NCBI GenBank assembly: GCA_001938485.1
Contig: MQRK01217781.1
Location: forward strand, 21,397 to 85,396
Direction of reading: 5' to 3'
DNA from: Girardia tigrina
Lineage: Eukaryota
Length of the DNA stretch: 64,000 nucleotides
The notes beneath the pieces are model-generated. The model ran no database searches. It was not told where the DNA came from and was given only the letters and a program-made list of their open reading frames with translations. The position numbers were made by a program, and so were the translations under genes. Position 1 is the first letter of the stretch; the number at the start of each line of letters is the position of its first letter. Shown here one piece after another: positions 1 through 13,415 of this stretch.

Positions 1-524
1 AGGAAAAAAATCCAAACTAAAATAAACTATGTTAACCTTTATTAATTGCTTGGTTAAAGGTTAATACACTGAAGTAGGTGTGTTAACGCTCCTCTATTTA
101 TACCTTTTTAGAGGCTATTTACTCATTGCTGAGTAATTATTACTAATGAACAACTAATAACAATTTATTAAGAAATATGTTATTAGTAATTTATTAATGC
201 CATGCAGACAATAAATTTTTATTATAGCCGACTGCGTTTTTCNNNNNNNNNNNNNNNNNNNNNNNNNNNNNNNNNNNNNNNNNNNNATTTTTATTAAAGT
301 CGATTTTATAATAACCGATAAAAAATACATACATTTCTGTAGGCAGATGCTATTGCCACAAAATTATTTTACTATACCCGATTTTTTATTGTATCCGACT
401 TTACTATATCCGGAAGATACTGTATATATATAATAAAAATGACGGTATTTTTTCTATTAATCTTAAGTGTTTAAGAACCATTTAATTATTCAAAAATGAA
501 TTAATTAATACTATTTATTATTAA

Positions 525-800
525 AAAGTGAATGCCATTTTTCAAAATTTATTTTTGTAATTAATTTCGGCGGATTACTCGCCATCTTCAGACTAAATTA
601 ACACTGGCTTTTTGCAGCTTATATATGAGAAAAGTGATTATGTAATCAATCGTGTAATAAAGGCTCTTTTTGAAAATGTTTAACAGTTTAAATGTTAAAT
701 GTTTAGTCAAGTTGAGTGTGAAGCTTGAATATTAATTTTTGGATCCATGGATCTTATTAATAAGGCCTCACACGTTACTCTCTCCCAGTAATTTTTAAAT
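525..800 (-). mobile_element. Penelope-like retroelement 3' end (GIY-YIG C-terminus plus pseudo-LTR)
   Basis: The reverse complement encodes ...FKNYWERVTCEALLIRSMDPKINIQAS..., nearly the same as the GIY-YIG ORFs at 12735 and 52266. A TATA-like box and a hammerhead motif follow. Confidence 0.85.
557..595 (-). ncRNA. Minimal hammerhead ribozyme motif (PLE-type)
   Basis: Reverse complement reads CTGAAGA-T-GGCG-agtaatc-CGCC-GAAATTAAT-T: conserved core, stem II and palindromic stem III. Confidence 0.75.
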
Positions 801-1286
801 CGATTCAAAAATTTTTAAAAAGTGTATTTTTTAATTTTTATTTTATTTTAAATCTTATTGTTATGTAACTTATTATTTTTATATTATTAAAAAAGTATTG
901 CAGGGCGAAAAAAAGACTGTTATGTCAGTAGGGGAAAAAAGATAAGGCCCTGAGAATCAATTGATATTGCGATGAACCATGGACTGGGTCACATGTAATC
1001 GCATCATTTCACGTAGAGCTTACACGGGGATGATTACACCACAGACAGATATGACGAAGTTTTAGAACAGATACCTCACGAGGTAGGAACTGATTATACT
1101 TCAGATAGTGATGATGAAAGGGAAGAACCAGTAGCTCTAGAGATAGTTACAGAGTATATTAGTACTTATTACCGAATAGTACTTTATTAAAATATAATAT
1201 TTATAATAAAATTTTCCATTTAGTTTAAAAATATACCTTAAAATATTATAAATTTCTTAAAATTTTTCTCTCACAGTTTTTTCAGC

Positions 1287-3030
1287 ATGAATCTTCAATT
1301 CTTTACTTCAAAATCTGGAAATCCGATTGTTGTGTATACAGGTTATTCTTATCGCTTTGATTATGACTTAAAATCCCTAGATGGAAAATCCTGGTGCTGT
1401 GTTGCTTATGAACAATATAAATGTAAAGGAAGAATTCGTACTTCAAACAACAACGAGGCATATATTATTTTAGGTCGTCCTTCTGAGCATCATCATGCTC
1501 CTGAGCCAGGTAAAGTTGTCGGTAGGCACATTGCTCAGGTGGTTGCAACTCGTGCATCGCAGACAGTAGAGGCCCCGAGGCAAATTATTCAGAAATCTAG
1601 GACTGGGATTCCACTTGACGCTGCAATATTTCTTCCAAATTATCACTCTAGTCAACGTACAATTCAACGAAAAAGAAAACAAGAGAACGCTCCTTGGCCA
1701 ATCCAAATCATCTTTCAGAAACTAATGTTCCTGAAAATTTGAGGTTTACAACTAGAAATGAATGCCAACCGGATAATGCTCTTCAGTACAACTGCAAACA
1801 TAAATCTGATGGCTTCTTGTGAAAATTGGTTTATGGATAGGACATTCTCTGTCACTCCTCGATTATTTTACCAAGTTTATACTATACATGCTTTAAAATC
1901 AAACAAAGTATTCCCTCTTGTTTATGCATTGATGACCAATAAAACTCAATTAAATCACACTCGTATGTTTGAAGAGCTTTTAAGACAACAACCAAATTTA
2001 AATCCACAAACTATTATGATGGATTTTGAAAAAGGAGCAATGAACGCTGTTTCCACTGTATTTGGTAATGCTAATGTTAAAGACTGTTTTTTTCATCTGA
2101 ACCAATCAATTTGGAAAAAAATAAAAGAAACATCAAATCTTCCGGATCTCTATTTAAACAATGATGAAATGAGAACCATTCTGAAATCACTGATGGCCTT
2201 AGCGTTTTCCCCTGAGGATGGTGTTATCACTACCTTTTTGGCACTACTTGATCTTTCTAATGATTATCTAGAACTCGATGATGTCTTTGCATATTTTGAG
2301 GATACATTTATTGGCCGTGCTCGTGGAGAACGAAGATTACGTCCTCGATATTCAATTCAGTGTTGGAATATATATGGCCGCGTTATTTCTCATCTACCAC
2401 GCACAAACAATGCAATAGAAGGTTGGCATCGTGCGTTTCAAAATTCTATCGCTTGCAAACACCTAACTGTTTATAGTTTGATAAATCAATTTCGTACTGA
2501 ACAAGATTTTGTTGAACTAATTTTGCAGCGCATTAGAGCAGGTGAAGAATTCCCACAATTCTCATCGCAATTTTATGCCAAAGTAAGTGAGAGGATTGAA
2601 CGTGTCGTTAAGCAATACAATAATTTACGAATATTGGATATTAATTTAATTTAATATATAAGTTTAATGTTTTTGTATCTTTCTTCTATTTACACATCAC
2701 ATTTTTTTGGTGTGTTATTCATTTGTTCTAGAATGTTATTTGAATTTTTTAAATTAGGAATTTACTAATTTTTCGTATGTTGCTTGTTTATTTTTTATAT
2801 TAAAAAGAATAATTAAATGTCATGTCCATCTGAAATTTTCTATCCATTTATGTTTTAAAATTAAAACATTTGTATGATTCATTGTTTTATCATTACATAA
2901 TTAAAATTTTTTATTCATATTTTAGATGACATTGTTCACTTTTTGATAATTTTGTTGTAAATTTTTCGCTGTAAAGTCGTCCGCGATAAAGTCACCCGCG
3001 GTAAAGTCGTCGTGGTAAAGTCGCCGTACC
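1287..3030 (+). mobile_element. Degenerate Mutator (MULE) transposon: FLYWCH-type zinc finger plus MULE transposase, frameshifted
   Basis: ORF1 has WCC..CKGRI..H-H-H. ORF2 has WFMDRTF, MMDFEKG, CFFHL and RTNNAIEGWH. There is a frame break or deletion near 1700-1760. The right end has tandem taaagtc subterminal repeats ending ...cgccgtacc. No left TIR was found. Confidence 0.85.
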
Positions 3031-3489
3031 CAATTTATTGACTCAAATCCGGTGCTTCAGTTGAGTACCTTGTTCACTTTTTGACAATTTTGTTGTAAAT
3101 TTTCCGTTGTAAAGTCACAATAAACTTCTCGAAATTTACTTCGATTATCGAAATTTTGTCATTTTAATAAGTTTTATAGAGTTTTGAAAAATAGCTGTAC
3201 AAACTCTAGCCACTTTTTTAAGATTCTTTTTCAAAAACTTTTTTTTAAATTCTAGAACATTTTTCCTGTAATAGAAAGTAGGATATAAAAGGATCATACA
3301 TTTTAAAAATTCATCCGACAGCTGGTAAAAGAACTAATCAGTGCGTTTTACTGTATCCAATTATTTTCTGATATTCGACTGCCGCAGTTTCGCAAAATTA
3401 TTTATGCATTTCAACGCGCACCCTTGTATTGGTAGAGATAAGAATGTTTTAATAACCATATTTTCTATTTCTATGGGCTAAAAGTCAGC

Positions 3490-4570
3490 AGCTGTTTGAA
3501 TGAGATTATACATTTTGCACAGTGAACATTGCACAATCAACAGCATTAATGTTTTTGATTAATTCATGAAAAAATATTTTTTGTAACCACTTTTCGGTTT
3601 TCCTCCATATATTTTTCGTTTTTTCTGCAGAATATGCAATCATTTTATGTTTAAACTGTTTAGTCCTTTTCAAATTGTCTCTTAGGTCTTCCTCTTGGTC
3701 TCTCTGATAAGACTCTCCCTCAATCATAACCTTCGCTAGTACTTGGTTTGTTATCTGATGTCTACAGAAGTTCAACTTCCTTCTTTTGATGGTCTCTTCG
3801 ATTTATTCCAGTCTTTAATTCAGCATTTCTGTTACTCTCTTCAAAACGAATTCATTTATCTTTTTATCTTTCAAAATGCTCTTCAGTATTTACCTGTATC
3901 ACTTCATTTCTAACACTATATGTTTATCAATGCTCTTCTGATTTAGTATCCAACTCTAGTATTCATAGAGAAGTGTTGTCGAGGCAATAGCCTCAGTGAT
4001 TTTCATTCTACTTTTAAGTTTGAATTCTTGGAGGTTAACAACTGGGCTAAGCCTAATCATTGCTTTTGATTCAATATCAATTATTATTCAGATTTCTTCT
4101 TCTGATCCTTAATTCTCAGTGATATGAAATCCTAGATATTTAAACTCTTAACTTGTTCTCGCTTCCCTATTCAATATCAATATCCAGTTTAAGTTTGTTG
4201 CTACGGCTTCTTGGTATCTTTTTTCATTGATAATTTCTATTCCAAATTTCTCGATAACTTTGTACATCTGTTTTTAAGTTCCTGAATCTCTGCCTTGTCT
4301 TTGTCAATTAAGTATATTTTTTTCATCAAATAATAACTACGCTTTCATCTGCAGTTTCTTCAACCATCAAATAATAACTACACTTTCCTCTGAGGCTTAT
4401 TCAAACATAAACTAGGTCGTCTATTGCTTCTATAAAAACTTTCTCTAGGAAAAGTTGTATCATTGTTGGTGAAAAAATGCAGTTTTGTCATAGTCCTACT
4501 GATGATTTAAAACCAATTGCTAAATTACACGCTTGTCAATATTTTGATCTTTGTGACTTATTAAGGCTTT
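3490..4570 (-). mobile_element. Degenerate non-LTR (RTE-like) reverse transcriptase remnant
   Basis: The reverse complement gives GL*QNCIFSPTMIQLFLEKV (compare GVRQGCILSP) and a FKYLG-like motif, with many stops. Confidence 0.6.
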
Positions 4571-4800
4571 TAATAAGTTTTGTCCAATGTTTTGAATATT
4601 TACATTTTCCACCCGAAATAAAAATAAATAATTTTGCAGAAATTTCAGTTTATTTTTGCAAATGTAGGATAACTTTTACTTATCCTAAAATTAAAATTTT
4701 ATTAATAATTAAATAATGTTACTTACTATAAAGAATATTTTTGTGAAATAAGTGAATTTAATCTAATTTAAATTAACAGATTTTAATGAAAACTAGTTAA

Positions 4801-4958
4801 CCTTTTCAATATTGCGGGGATAAATAAGCTCATTGCATTTTTCAAAAACCATATTTTCTAAAAATCTGAAATTGTGTAAACATGTTCCTTTACTTATTTA
4901 CAGCACATTTAGTTCAATTATACAGAAATATCTTCAATGTCCATAAGTCGTATTGAAA
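4801..4958. mobile_element. Truncated piggyBac-type MITE (same family as 29404-29636, opposite orientation)
   Basis: Starts TTAA|ccttttcaatattgcggg. The internal sequence is the reverse complement of the 29404 copy. Confidence 0.7.
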
Positions 4959-5299
4959 CAGATTTATTTTAGAAATATTTTAAGGTCCTGACTTATTTTA
5001 ATTTTTTTCTATGTTATAAAATGCTCAATCATCCTCTTTTTACAACTACATTAACTCTAATATTGACAAATTCTTTCATTCAGGTACATATTCTGAAGCT
5101 TTTTATTACAATGACAAATTTATCAGTCGTTAAATTAAAATAAAAAGTTCTAAAATTGGATAATTTTTTATCAAAAAAATGTTTATTTATCAAATATAAA
5201 TTTTATAAAAATAAATAAAAATTAAGCCAAAAAGGAAAAAATATTTTCAATGTTTTCACAAATCAATGCAACTATATTAACATTATGCACAAAAAACGA

Positions 5300-8200
5300 T
5301 CACGGAAAAGATAATTTGTTAACAAAATGAAACGATGATTTGCTTCTTCGAATAGTTTTCAAACGATTTTTTGATCTAGCTCTCACGCCGTGACCTTCCG
5401 GGGTCTTGTTTGTCAGTCCTGACCGTCGAGCTGGCTTAAATGTATAACCCAGCTGCCTTGTGTGATGATAATTATTCGAATCTGATTCATTTTCACTCTC
5501 CTCCAGTATGACATCTGGTGCAAATGTAGGCATGGACAAATTTCGAAGCTTTTTTGACTCATTGATTCTCTTTTTATTACAGAGTTTAGTGTAATACTTT
5601 ATGTAAAATATTTGCATGTCGAAACAGCACTGATTTATTTGCTCTTGGGAAATCTATTTTAAATAACTGAATTAAATAAAAATAATAGTTTCTAAATAAA
5701 AATATTTTATCACAAAAAAATCCAAATTAATGAAATCTAATAATTACATGTATAAAAAGAGCTTTTTATATTACCACGTTTTTATAACAATCAATTTTTT
5801 CCACTATATTGTCCTTAAAATTTCAGTTTTCGATTTTAAAATATTTAATCACTCTATTCTCACTAAACAAACACAAAATACACAAATTTTTACGAAATAT
5901 TTAAATAATTTACATATCAACTGTTTACATAAACTATTAAAATCCCTATACTTTCAACAACGCCATTTATCGATGTTCTTCTTCAATTTCTATATATTTA
6001 AATTGACCGGTATTAGTGTTAACTAGAATTGATAAAATAAAATGAATTAAAATTAATTTATATCGTAAGCTATAATCTGATTTGAGCTATTAATAATTAT
6101 TAATTAACAACAACGGAGATTCAAATTTGATCAAAACAAAGATTCAAATCATTTTATTATACAAAATTTACCCATTTAAATTGTCTCCATACAAACTGTT
6201 TTTTGCCAAATGACAACTTAGACATGTCCGATCAACTTGAAATATTTTTTTCATATATCGTCTTCGGGTTATGATCTACTCTGAAAATTTCAGCCCGATA
6301 GCTAGTCGGGGATTTGGTCAAATTTGAGTTGAAAGATTTTTCCCGGACAGAATGACAAACCGACAACAAGTGAAGTTTATAAGAACGTGGAAATAAATAA
6401 TATTTTATTAGACAGTGTTACAAAAATAATATAAAATCTTCTTTGTATGGTAAATTAGAGTCTGACAAATAAAGTATATATATATGGACATTTTAAAAAA
6501 TAGAATCTGAAAAAAATGGAATTTTGAAGTTAAAGAGTTGATATAGCCATATGATTCTCGCAAAATCAATCTCTTAGTAATCTTCTGTTTTTCAATTGAT
6601 TTATACATGGTGATATATAGACATTAGTCTCGCATCGAACATGGTTAATAGCTTCCTTTGGTGTAGCAGTTGATAAATCTACTTTAGTCAATTCCGATTT
6701 AATTACACTACTTGAAAGCTTGTCATTGGATTCATCATTACATGTGTCGATCATATTGCATCTCGTAATAACAAAAGAATTAATGATTTCCTTATAGCAA
6801 ACATTTAAATTAAAACTGCATTCAAGCTTTATATATTTTTATTTCGCTGTATGACTTTGTTACTTATGCCCTTTAACGGCGATGATTTAGAAAACATGTT
6901 AAGCAACTCCTGGATAGAACTGAACATGTTCCCCATTGGAAATTCCAGTTCTAGTTGCTTTGCTCTTACACTCCTTATATTTAAAAAATCGAATTCTATT
7001 TTTTAAATAAATAATAAAAAAAATTCTATTTTTTAAATTGTTCCAATATATATATGATTGATATAAAAATAAATAATCTATTTATTACTTTAACTCTACA
7101 TTTACCTAACTCATCAGTCACAGTATTTATCATTTTTGCATTATTTTATTCTTTGAGTGCTCCAGTTGATCGCGAAATCACCCATATAAAAATAGCTTGC
7201 ACACATAAAAATGTTGCATAACTCTGATTTGAGTAATTCAGATTCCATTTAATATCTGAAAATCATGTCTAATCCAATTAATAAAATACAAATAAATCAT
7301 TTTTGATTGTTTTTTATTTTTCTTTATTTTTTATAACTAAAATTGAGATTGTCTGGTAGTATGTTTTGCGAGAATATATTAATTAATAAATATTCTTGAG
7401 TGCGGAATTAATTTATACGTAGAATTATATTATAATTAGATTTATATATGGTATAACACTAGAAATTATTAATAATCTTTAAAATATTTATGCCCAACTT
7501 AGAAGTCAATTATTTATTGTCTTAGTTTACTTCAGAGAAATTTATAACGTTTTGAAATTATAAAGGGTTCGCTTAATAAGAGTTTTATTATATTGTTTTC
7601 GAAAATGAAGAGTAATTATATATTATTAATCGATAAAAATCTTAATTTATAATAAAAACCTTAATACAATCAATCAACTATTTTAAACTAAAGGATGAAA
7701 TTCGGAAATATGACGAAGGATATTATAACTTGAATATTATAACAAATGTTTGTTCGCACTAAGGACTGAGTGCGAAAAATATTACTAACTTTAAAATCCT
7801 CTATCTCCAAAACCATATTTTTGATTAAAAAATTACCGACTGTTTTGAAAAATGTGTTTAATTCAAAATAATTTGAGTAAGCTAAGAAAGATTATTTTTT
7901 AATAAATTCTGCGAGCTTTTTCGGAATACCTGCCATTAGGCTTGCAATTGTAGTTTCTGTCACGGTTTTGGCTACATTATTCCACTTGTTCCGAAAATCT
8001 GCGATTGTCTGTGCCCTCTTGTTTGTCGATTGGGATTACCTATCTTTGCACCAAACGACGTTATTGCCTTCGTACCACTTCTTGGCTGCCTTACCATAGT
8101 AGCACGATGCCAAATCCGGCGAAAAGAAAGTAAGACCTCCGTGCTGTTTTTCAAACAACAGCCCACTTAATTAGTTTTTGTAATTTGTGAATTTATGTTG

Positions 8201-10772
8201 GAGTTATACAGATTTAAAGTTAGTAATATTTGTCGCACTTAGTTCTTAAATGCTTCCTCTATATGAATTGATCAAGAAATGATGAACTGCATCACCTGAT
8301 AAGTCATATCTGATAGCCTTGAATTTTTGCTTTGCTCAACATTATTTAAGTATCTGTATCCCCACACATATACAATATATTTTTACAAAGGATTATAATA
8401 AAATAATACTGCTCCATTCCCGAAATAGGTGTCCGATTTGGATTTTTTCAAAAGTAAAGAAAATGTGGCTTTACTTTCAAAAGATGACTATTATTTTGAA
8501 AACACTTTTTATTTATAATGTTTTTTTACAGTTATTCAAAGTTTTTCTTAAAATATTAGCTTTCAATTAAAAAATAGGAATTTTCAAGACCTCATATGAA
8601 GATCTAGACTTGAAAATATTTTTTCTAAAAATGATCAAGAAAGACATCAATTAATTCTTTAACCACTTAATGCTCGGATTATTTTTACAAAAATAGTAAT
8701 AAGTTAAAAAATAAAGTCAATTAAAAACAAAAACACGCCATTTATAAAATATATTTTTTACGACAATTAATTTCGACGGTATAACCGTCATCGTCAGGTC
8801 TCAAGAAAAAAATGATTTAAAAAATCATACTTAAAAATCTTTTTTTCTTGAGACCTGACGATGACGGTTATACCGTCGAAATTAATTATCGTAAAATTAT
8901 GTTTTATAAATGGCGTGTTTTTGTTTTTAAACATAATTTGCCATTATTTTTTAATTTTCTGAATAAATAATATTTAATAATGTCTTCAAAATGAAACAAC
9001 CCAAGATTAAAAAAGGCAAGTCGACATTATAGCTTTATGGATCGTATACATGTAAACAAGTCGAAATTCTGGAGCAACGTTCGTATTAAGGCTATTTGAT
9101 AAGTACAAAGCGCACGAATGCTATTCGTTCAAAAGCATTAGATGGTTAATAAATAAAAAATAATTATTAATATCTTTATAGACTAAAATGAATTTTCTTA
9201 AATTTACTATTTATTTTAATGTACATTCAAATTAACATTCGAAAATTTTAAATAGCAAATTATAATTGATAATATTAAACATAGAAAGGGGTTACTGGAC
9301 TAAATTCAACAAATGAACTTGAAATCCCCCTAACCCTAACCTAAACCTTTGTTGAAATTAATTCTGCATCCCCATAGAAAGACGCTTGAAAATCATTTTC
9401 TTAAACATACTTTAACTAAATGACTTTTTTAATATTAAATTACCGTTCACAATAATCAATAATATATATTAGTTCATATAATATATGTGTTCAATACTGC
9501 AAATATTTAAGGCATAACTTATTAATTAAGTACACATTGATCAAGTCTGATACTATCTAACTTTTTTCATAAATAAGTAGACTTATATTCAGATAAATTA
9601 CATTTTACAGACCAAAAATTAATCACGTTATTCAATATTTTGAAAATTGAAAAAAAATAGTAAATATTGTGCTGTAAGAAATATCAAGAATTGACCAAAT
9701 TTTTCAATACAAAAATAAATTTAAACAAAGTATCTGAAAAGTATAATGCATTGAATTAAAAATGTCATATAACAGTAACAAAAAACCAAAAGTTACCTTT
9801 AAATAGTTACGAAATTCAGTTATGCGAGTAGGAGAGAAAAACAATATAGGAATTGGAGGTAATACTGACAACTGTTTTTTTATATCTGGATAGAAATCGA
9901 TATGTCGGGCAGCCCAACTGACAACACTGAGAGCTTGGCAAGCGATACTGTGTTTTGTGAGCTCACAACTTGTACACAAAATCATAGCCAAATTAATGAC
10001 ATGATGAAATCTTTGACTTGAATCAGGATTGTAATTTAAAATCAATTCGAGATAATTCCATATTGTTAAAGTAGACAAATCATTGTTAATTAAATTACAC
10101 AAAGTATTTTTCATTCTATCCATATCATTTATATACGATTTACAGAAATTTGTCATTTGTAATAATAGGAATATTTCATCACGAGACATCGTCTAGAAAC
10201 AAACGATAAATAGTCATCTTTCTATATAATGATTCATCGTAAGAATGGACTCACGTAGTTCATAATTTGCTTGACACTGACGACATATGCTGTATTCATG
10301 AGAAAAGAGAAAATTTTTAAATCAATTGTTTTTTCATCAATAGCTCGAAAAGTGTAATGAATGGCATCGAAAAAAACTTTTGGAGGATGATCGAATATAA
10401 TTTGATTAGTAAATCGAAGATTGTTTAGATGTGTCGAAATTTGATCAACAGTTGCAAATTTTGTGACATTAAACTTATTCTAGGTTTCAATAAGAAAAAA
10501 AAGGAAATAAAAACAAAAAACCAAAGTACTTTCTCTAAGTTAATTCGGCTTGAAATATTGAACTTGTATTTTGATTCCAGAGATTGGAAAAAAATTAGAG
10601 CATTTATTTCATCATCTGATAATGGAGATGCTTTCTGAAATGAAATCAATGTTGTAAATTGCAATTGAATTGCTTGTAAATTATGATGAAATAATGCCTT
10701 AAAAATATATATCCGTCTATCTAAATAGAGTTACGTAACATAATTAAATAAATTCATTCTCATGCTTTCCAT
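5300..10772 (-). CDS. Divergent cyclin G/I-like protein, about 392 aa; exons 10772-10740, 10697-10530, 10479-10255, 10192-9797, 5653-5300
   Basis: GT-AG introns (42, 50, 62 and about 4140 nt) are all phase 0 and join into one open frame. Cyclin-box-like segments: HPPKVFFDAIHYTFR, AYVVSVK, DMDRMKNTLCNLINNDLSTLTIWNYLELI and CELTKHSIACQALSVV. The first exon is the least certain. Confidence 0.6.
5770..6394. mobile_element. Non-autonomous DNA element bounded by 17-bp inverted repeats
   Basis: attaccacgtttttata (5770-5786) matches the reverse complement of tataagaacgtggaaat (6378-6394) at 15/17. The end is gacag/gacaa-rich, as in Helentron/HINE-like elements. Confidence 0.45.
7905..8165 (-). mobile_element. 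Tc1/mariner-superfamily transposase C-terminal remnant
   Basis: The reverse complement reads LTFFSPDLASCYYGKAAKKWYEGNNV... and ...ADFRNKWNNVAKTVTETTIASLMAGIPKK (FWPDLASCHY-type motif). Confidence 0.65.
8765..8800 (-). ncRNA. Minimal hammerhead ribozyme motif (left arm of palindrome)
   Basis: Reverse complement reads CTGACGATGACGGTTATACCGTCGAAATTAATT, with a perfect 5-bp stem II. Confidence 0.75.
8851..8888 (+). ncRNA. Minimal hammerhead ribozyme motif (right arm of palindrome)
   Basis: CTGACGATGACGGTTATACCGTCGAAATTAATT. Confidence 0.75.
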
Positions 10773-12719
10773 GTGAATATTTCATTTTTTGACACACTAA
10801 GCGCCAGTGTGCCTTAGAATTCGGTTATGCATATGATACATGCTGGACTGTTTATCATCACAATTTGAATTTTATCACAGTAAATTATCATATAAAGATT
10901 TTTGATTTTTAATAATCCTCGACATAATTTCTTTTTCTTTCCTTCAAATAATTTCATCCAATTTTAAACGAAAATATATAAAAACTGATTAAAAAAACAA
11001 TTTTATTTAACTAAATTAAAATCAAAATTCGTTTCCAACTCAAAAATCAATATAAAAATGAAAGTCAAGTCAATATATTTATCAAGAAAATATGAATAAA
11101 CAATAAAGTCAAAAATTATTTAAATTAGGAATTATAATTATTTATTATTAGACTAGTAAATTGATAAATTAAATCGAAATTATAAACTTACCATTAATAT
11201 GAAAAAATTGACTATGAAATTAGAATTCGTATTATTTTAAATAATAATTGAATATTTAAACAAAATCAGAAGATTTATTAAAGATGCAGAAATAATTTTT
11301 CAATTTGTAATTTTAAATTTATAAATTTAAATTTATAAATTTAAATTTAGAAAGACAAAAAATTGAATTTAAATTATTATATTTAGTTAAAATTAAGAAT
11401 GAAAAATTTTAAGTTAAACCATTGAAACCTAATAAAAAACTTTTTATCAAAACTTTTAAAGAATTTTCGTTTATTTGAAACGGAAAAAATATCATTCACT
11501 TAATCTTTATGCTGTATTTATATTTTATATCGTTTTTTCTTCAAAATCTAAATTTTTTATTTGTTTTAGAGTGTAAAAGAGATTATTTTAATTAACCTGA
11601 ATAACCTAAAGCATGTTATTATCAGAAAATATTGTTACTATAACTCGACTTCTAACTTGTAGATAATAAGCATTTAAATAAGTTAACATTAAAGTGAGTA
11701 CTTTCAAATTTTTTTAAATCAAACTGAATTTTACTCAAATATAAAAAATATATTAATGTATAAGATAAATTTATATTTTATAATAATCACATATACAAAG
11801 GTATTTTATCTAGTAAGAATGACTTAATGTTAGTTTTTAGCAAATACTCACGAGTTTATATTTTGATAAAAGTTATGATAAAAATAAAATTTATTTTAAT
11901 AATAAAAATTGATGATTTCAAATAAATACTAAATAAAGTTTATTGAATTTAAATAATTTTACATCGTTAACAGGAGAACTAATAAATATTAACCTATTAG
12001 ATTTTTAAAAAACTTCAATTAATTCTTTATCCCGTTCAGTTTTGCTCAGATTTCTTAAATTTCCTGGTCGATTTAGATGAAAAATGTAAATACAAGTGAT
12101 GAATGAAAATTGTATCCCGTTAATTTATTCACAATCTTAAATTTTTTATCCATTAACGAAATGAAAATCCTGATGACATTTCTTCAATTTCCATGTCAAT
12201 TTAAATAGTACGACTTGTGTTCACAATTCGCAATTAAATTTCTCCTGTCCCCTAAAAATGTATGTCTTCTTGAATTCACTAGTATCTTATTTTTTTTATT
12301 TTTAAAAGAAGTTTACTTATGACAAAACTACTTCATATTTTATAATTTTTGAAAAAATGTGTCTTTAATTGTCTACTGATCTCTTGTTAGTACTTGTTTA
12401 TTTTTTTCATTTTAATAGTATTTTCTGTTTCTTTTTGGTTCATCTATTTACTTTCAACTTTTTAAAGCAATGTCCTTTATTTACTTTTGTCTTCTTGAAT
12501 AATACCCTTTTTATTGCTCAAATAATTTTTGTCGTTAATATAATTTTGTAATGTTATATATTAAAATTATCTATTAAAAAAGCTTTTAAAAATAATAGAG
12601 TATATATACATTAATAATAAACAAGTTTATTTTGAAACGAACAACGAAAATCGATCATTTTTGTAAGATTTTTTTGTAAGATTTAGTATATTCAGTATAT
12701 TCAAAGTATATTCAGCAAT

Positions 12720-13170
12720 AAATCTCGTACTCCTTTGAGTTTATGTTTCAATTTGGTTTATCAATTTTCGTGTAATTGGTGCAACACTACATACATTGAA
12801 AAGACGTCTCGTCATCTCTGTAAACGGATTCAGGAGCATGGACGATTGGGTAATGGGAGTAATATTGCTGGACATATGAAGGGTTGTAAATCAGAGGTGA
12901 AAACAACTAATTTTAAAATATTGTGCAGTAATTTTAAAAATTATTGGGAAAGAGTTACTTGTGAAGCATTATTGATTAAATCGCTTAATCCGTCCATTAA
13001 TGTACAAACAGGTTTCTCTTCCAATTCGTTGAAAATATTTAATTAGTCATTATGCAAGATGTTTACATAATCATCAGTTTGCTATATATAAGACAGCGAA
13101 TTCAACCTGAAGATGGTGGAAAATCCACCGAAATATATTGCGACAATAAAATTTGATTTTAATGGCGTTC
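12720..13170 (+). mobile_element. 5'-truncated Penelope-like element: GIY-YIG endonuclease plus pseudo-LTR
   Basis: ORF 12735-13046 has [30 protein letters not shown]...EALLIK..NPSIN, followed by TATATAA and a hammerhead. Confidence 0.9.
13107..13139 (+). ncRNA. Minimal hammerhead ribozyme motif
   Basis: CTGAAGA-T-GGTGG-aaaat-CCACC-GAAATATAT-T. Confidence 0.8.
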
Positions 13171-13415
13171 TTAATTAAATATTTAGTTATGAATGATTAA
13201 AGATGTAAAAATATTAAAAAAAGTGTTTTTTAATAAATTATATCTATTTTATATAACTTATATTAATCGTATAAAAATCTTTTCTAATAAAAAACTTATC
13301 GTTTTTTCAAATATTTAGCCAAATAATGCAAACCTTTAAAAGAAAACTAACTTCCATAACTTAGCAAATCTTAAATAACTTTGCATTTTCGAAGAACTCG
13401 TTATTTTCGAAGTTA

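Larger units (their letters stand above)
8721..8930. repeat. Near-perfect 210-bp palindrome made of two inverted PLE-end/hammerhead units
   Basis: Arms 8721-~8820 and ~8831-8930 are reverse complements, and each carries CTGACGA-T-GACGG-ttata-CCGTC-GAAATTAAT. Confidence 0.9.

Noticed and set aside
2970-3030. Regularly spaced taaagtc repeats (and ttcgaagaa repeats at 16094-16180) resembling a CRISPR-like array
   Set aside because: The units are too short, there are no unique spacers or cas genes, and they fit transposon subterminal repeats.
5730-6026. Numerous short F/I/K/L/N-rich ORFs across the window (this is one example)
   Set aside because: Expected by chance in very AT-rich DNA, with no domain signal.
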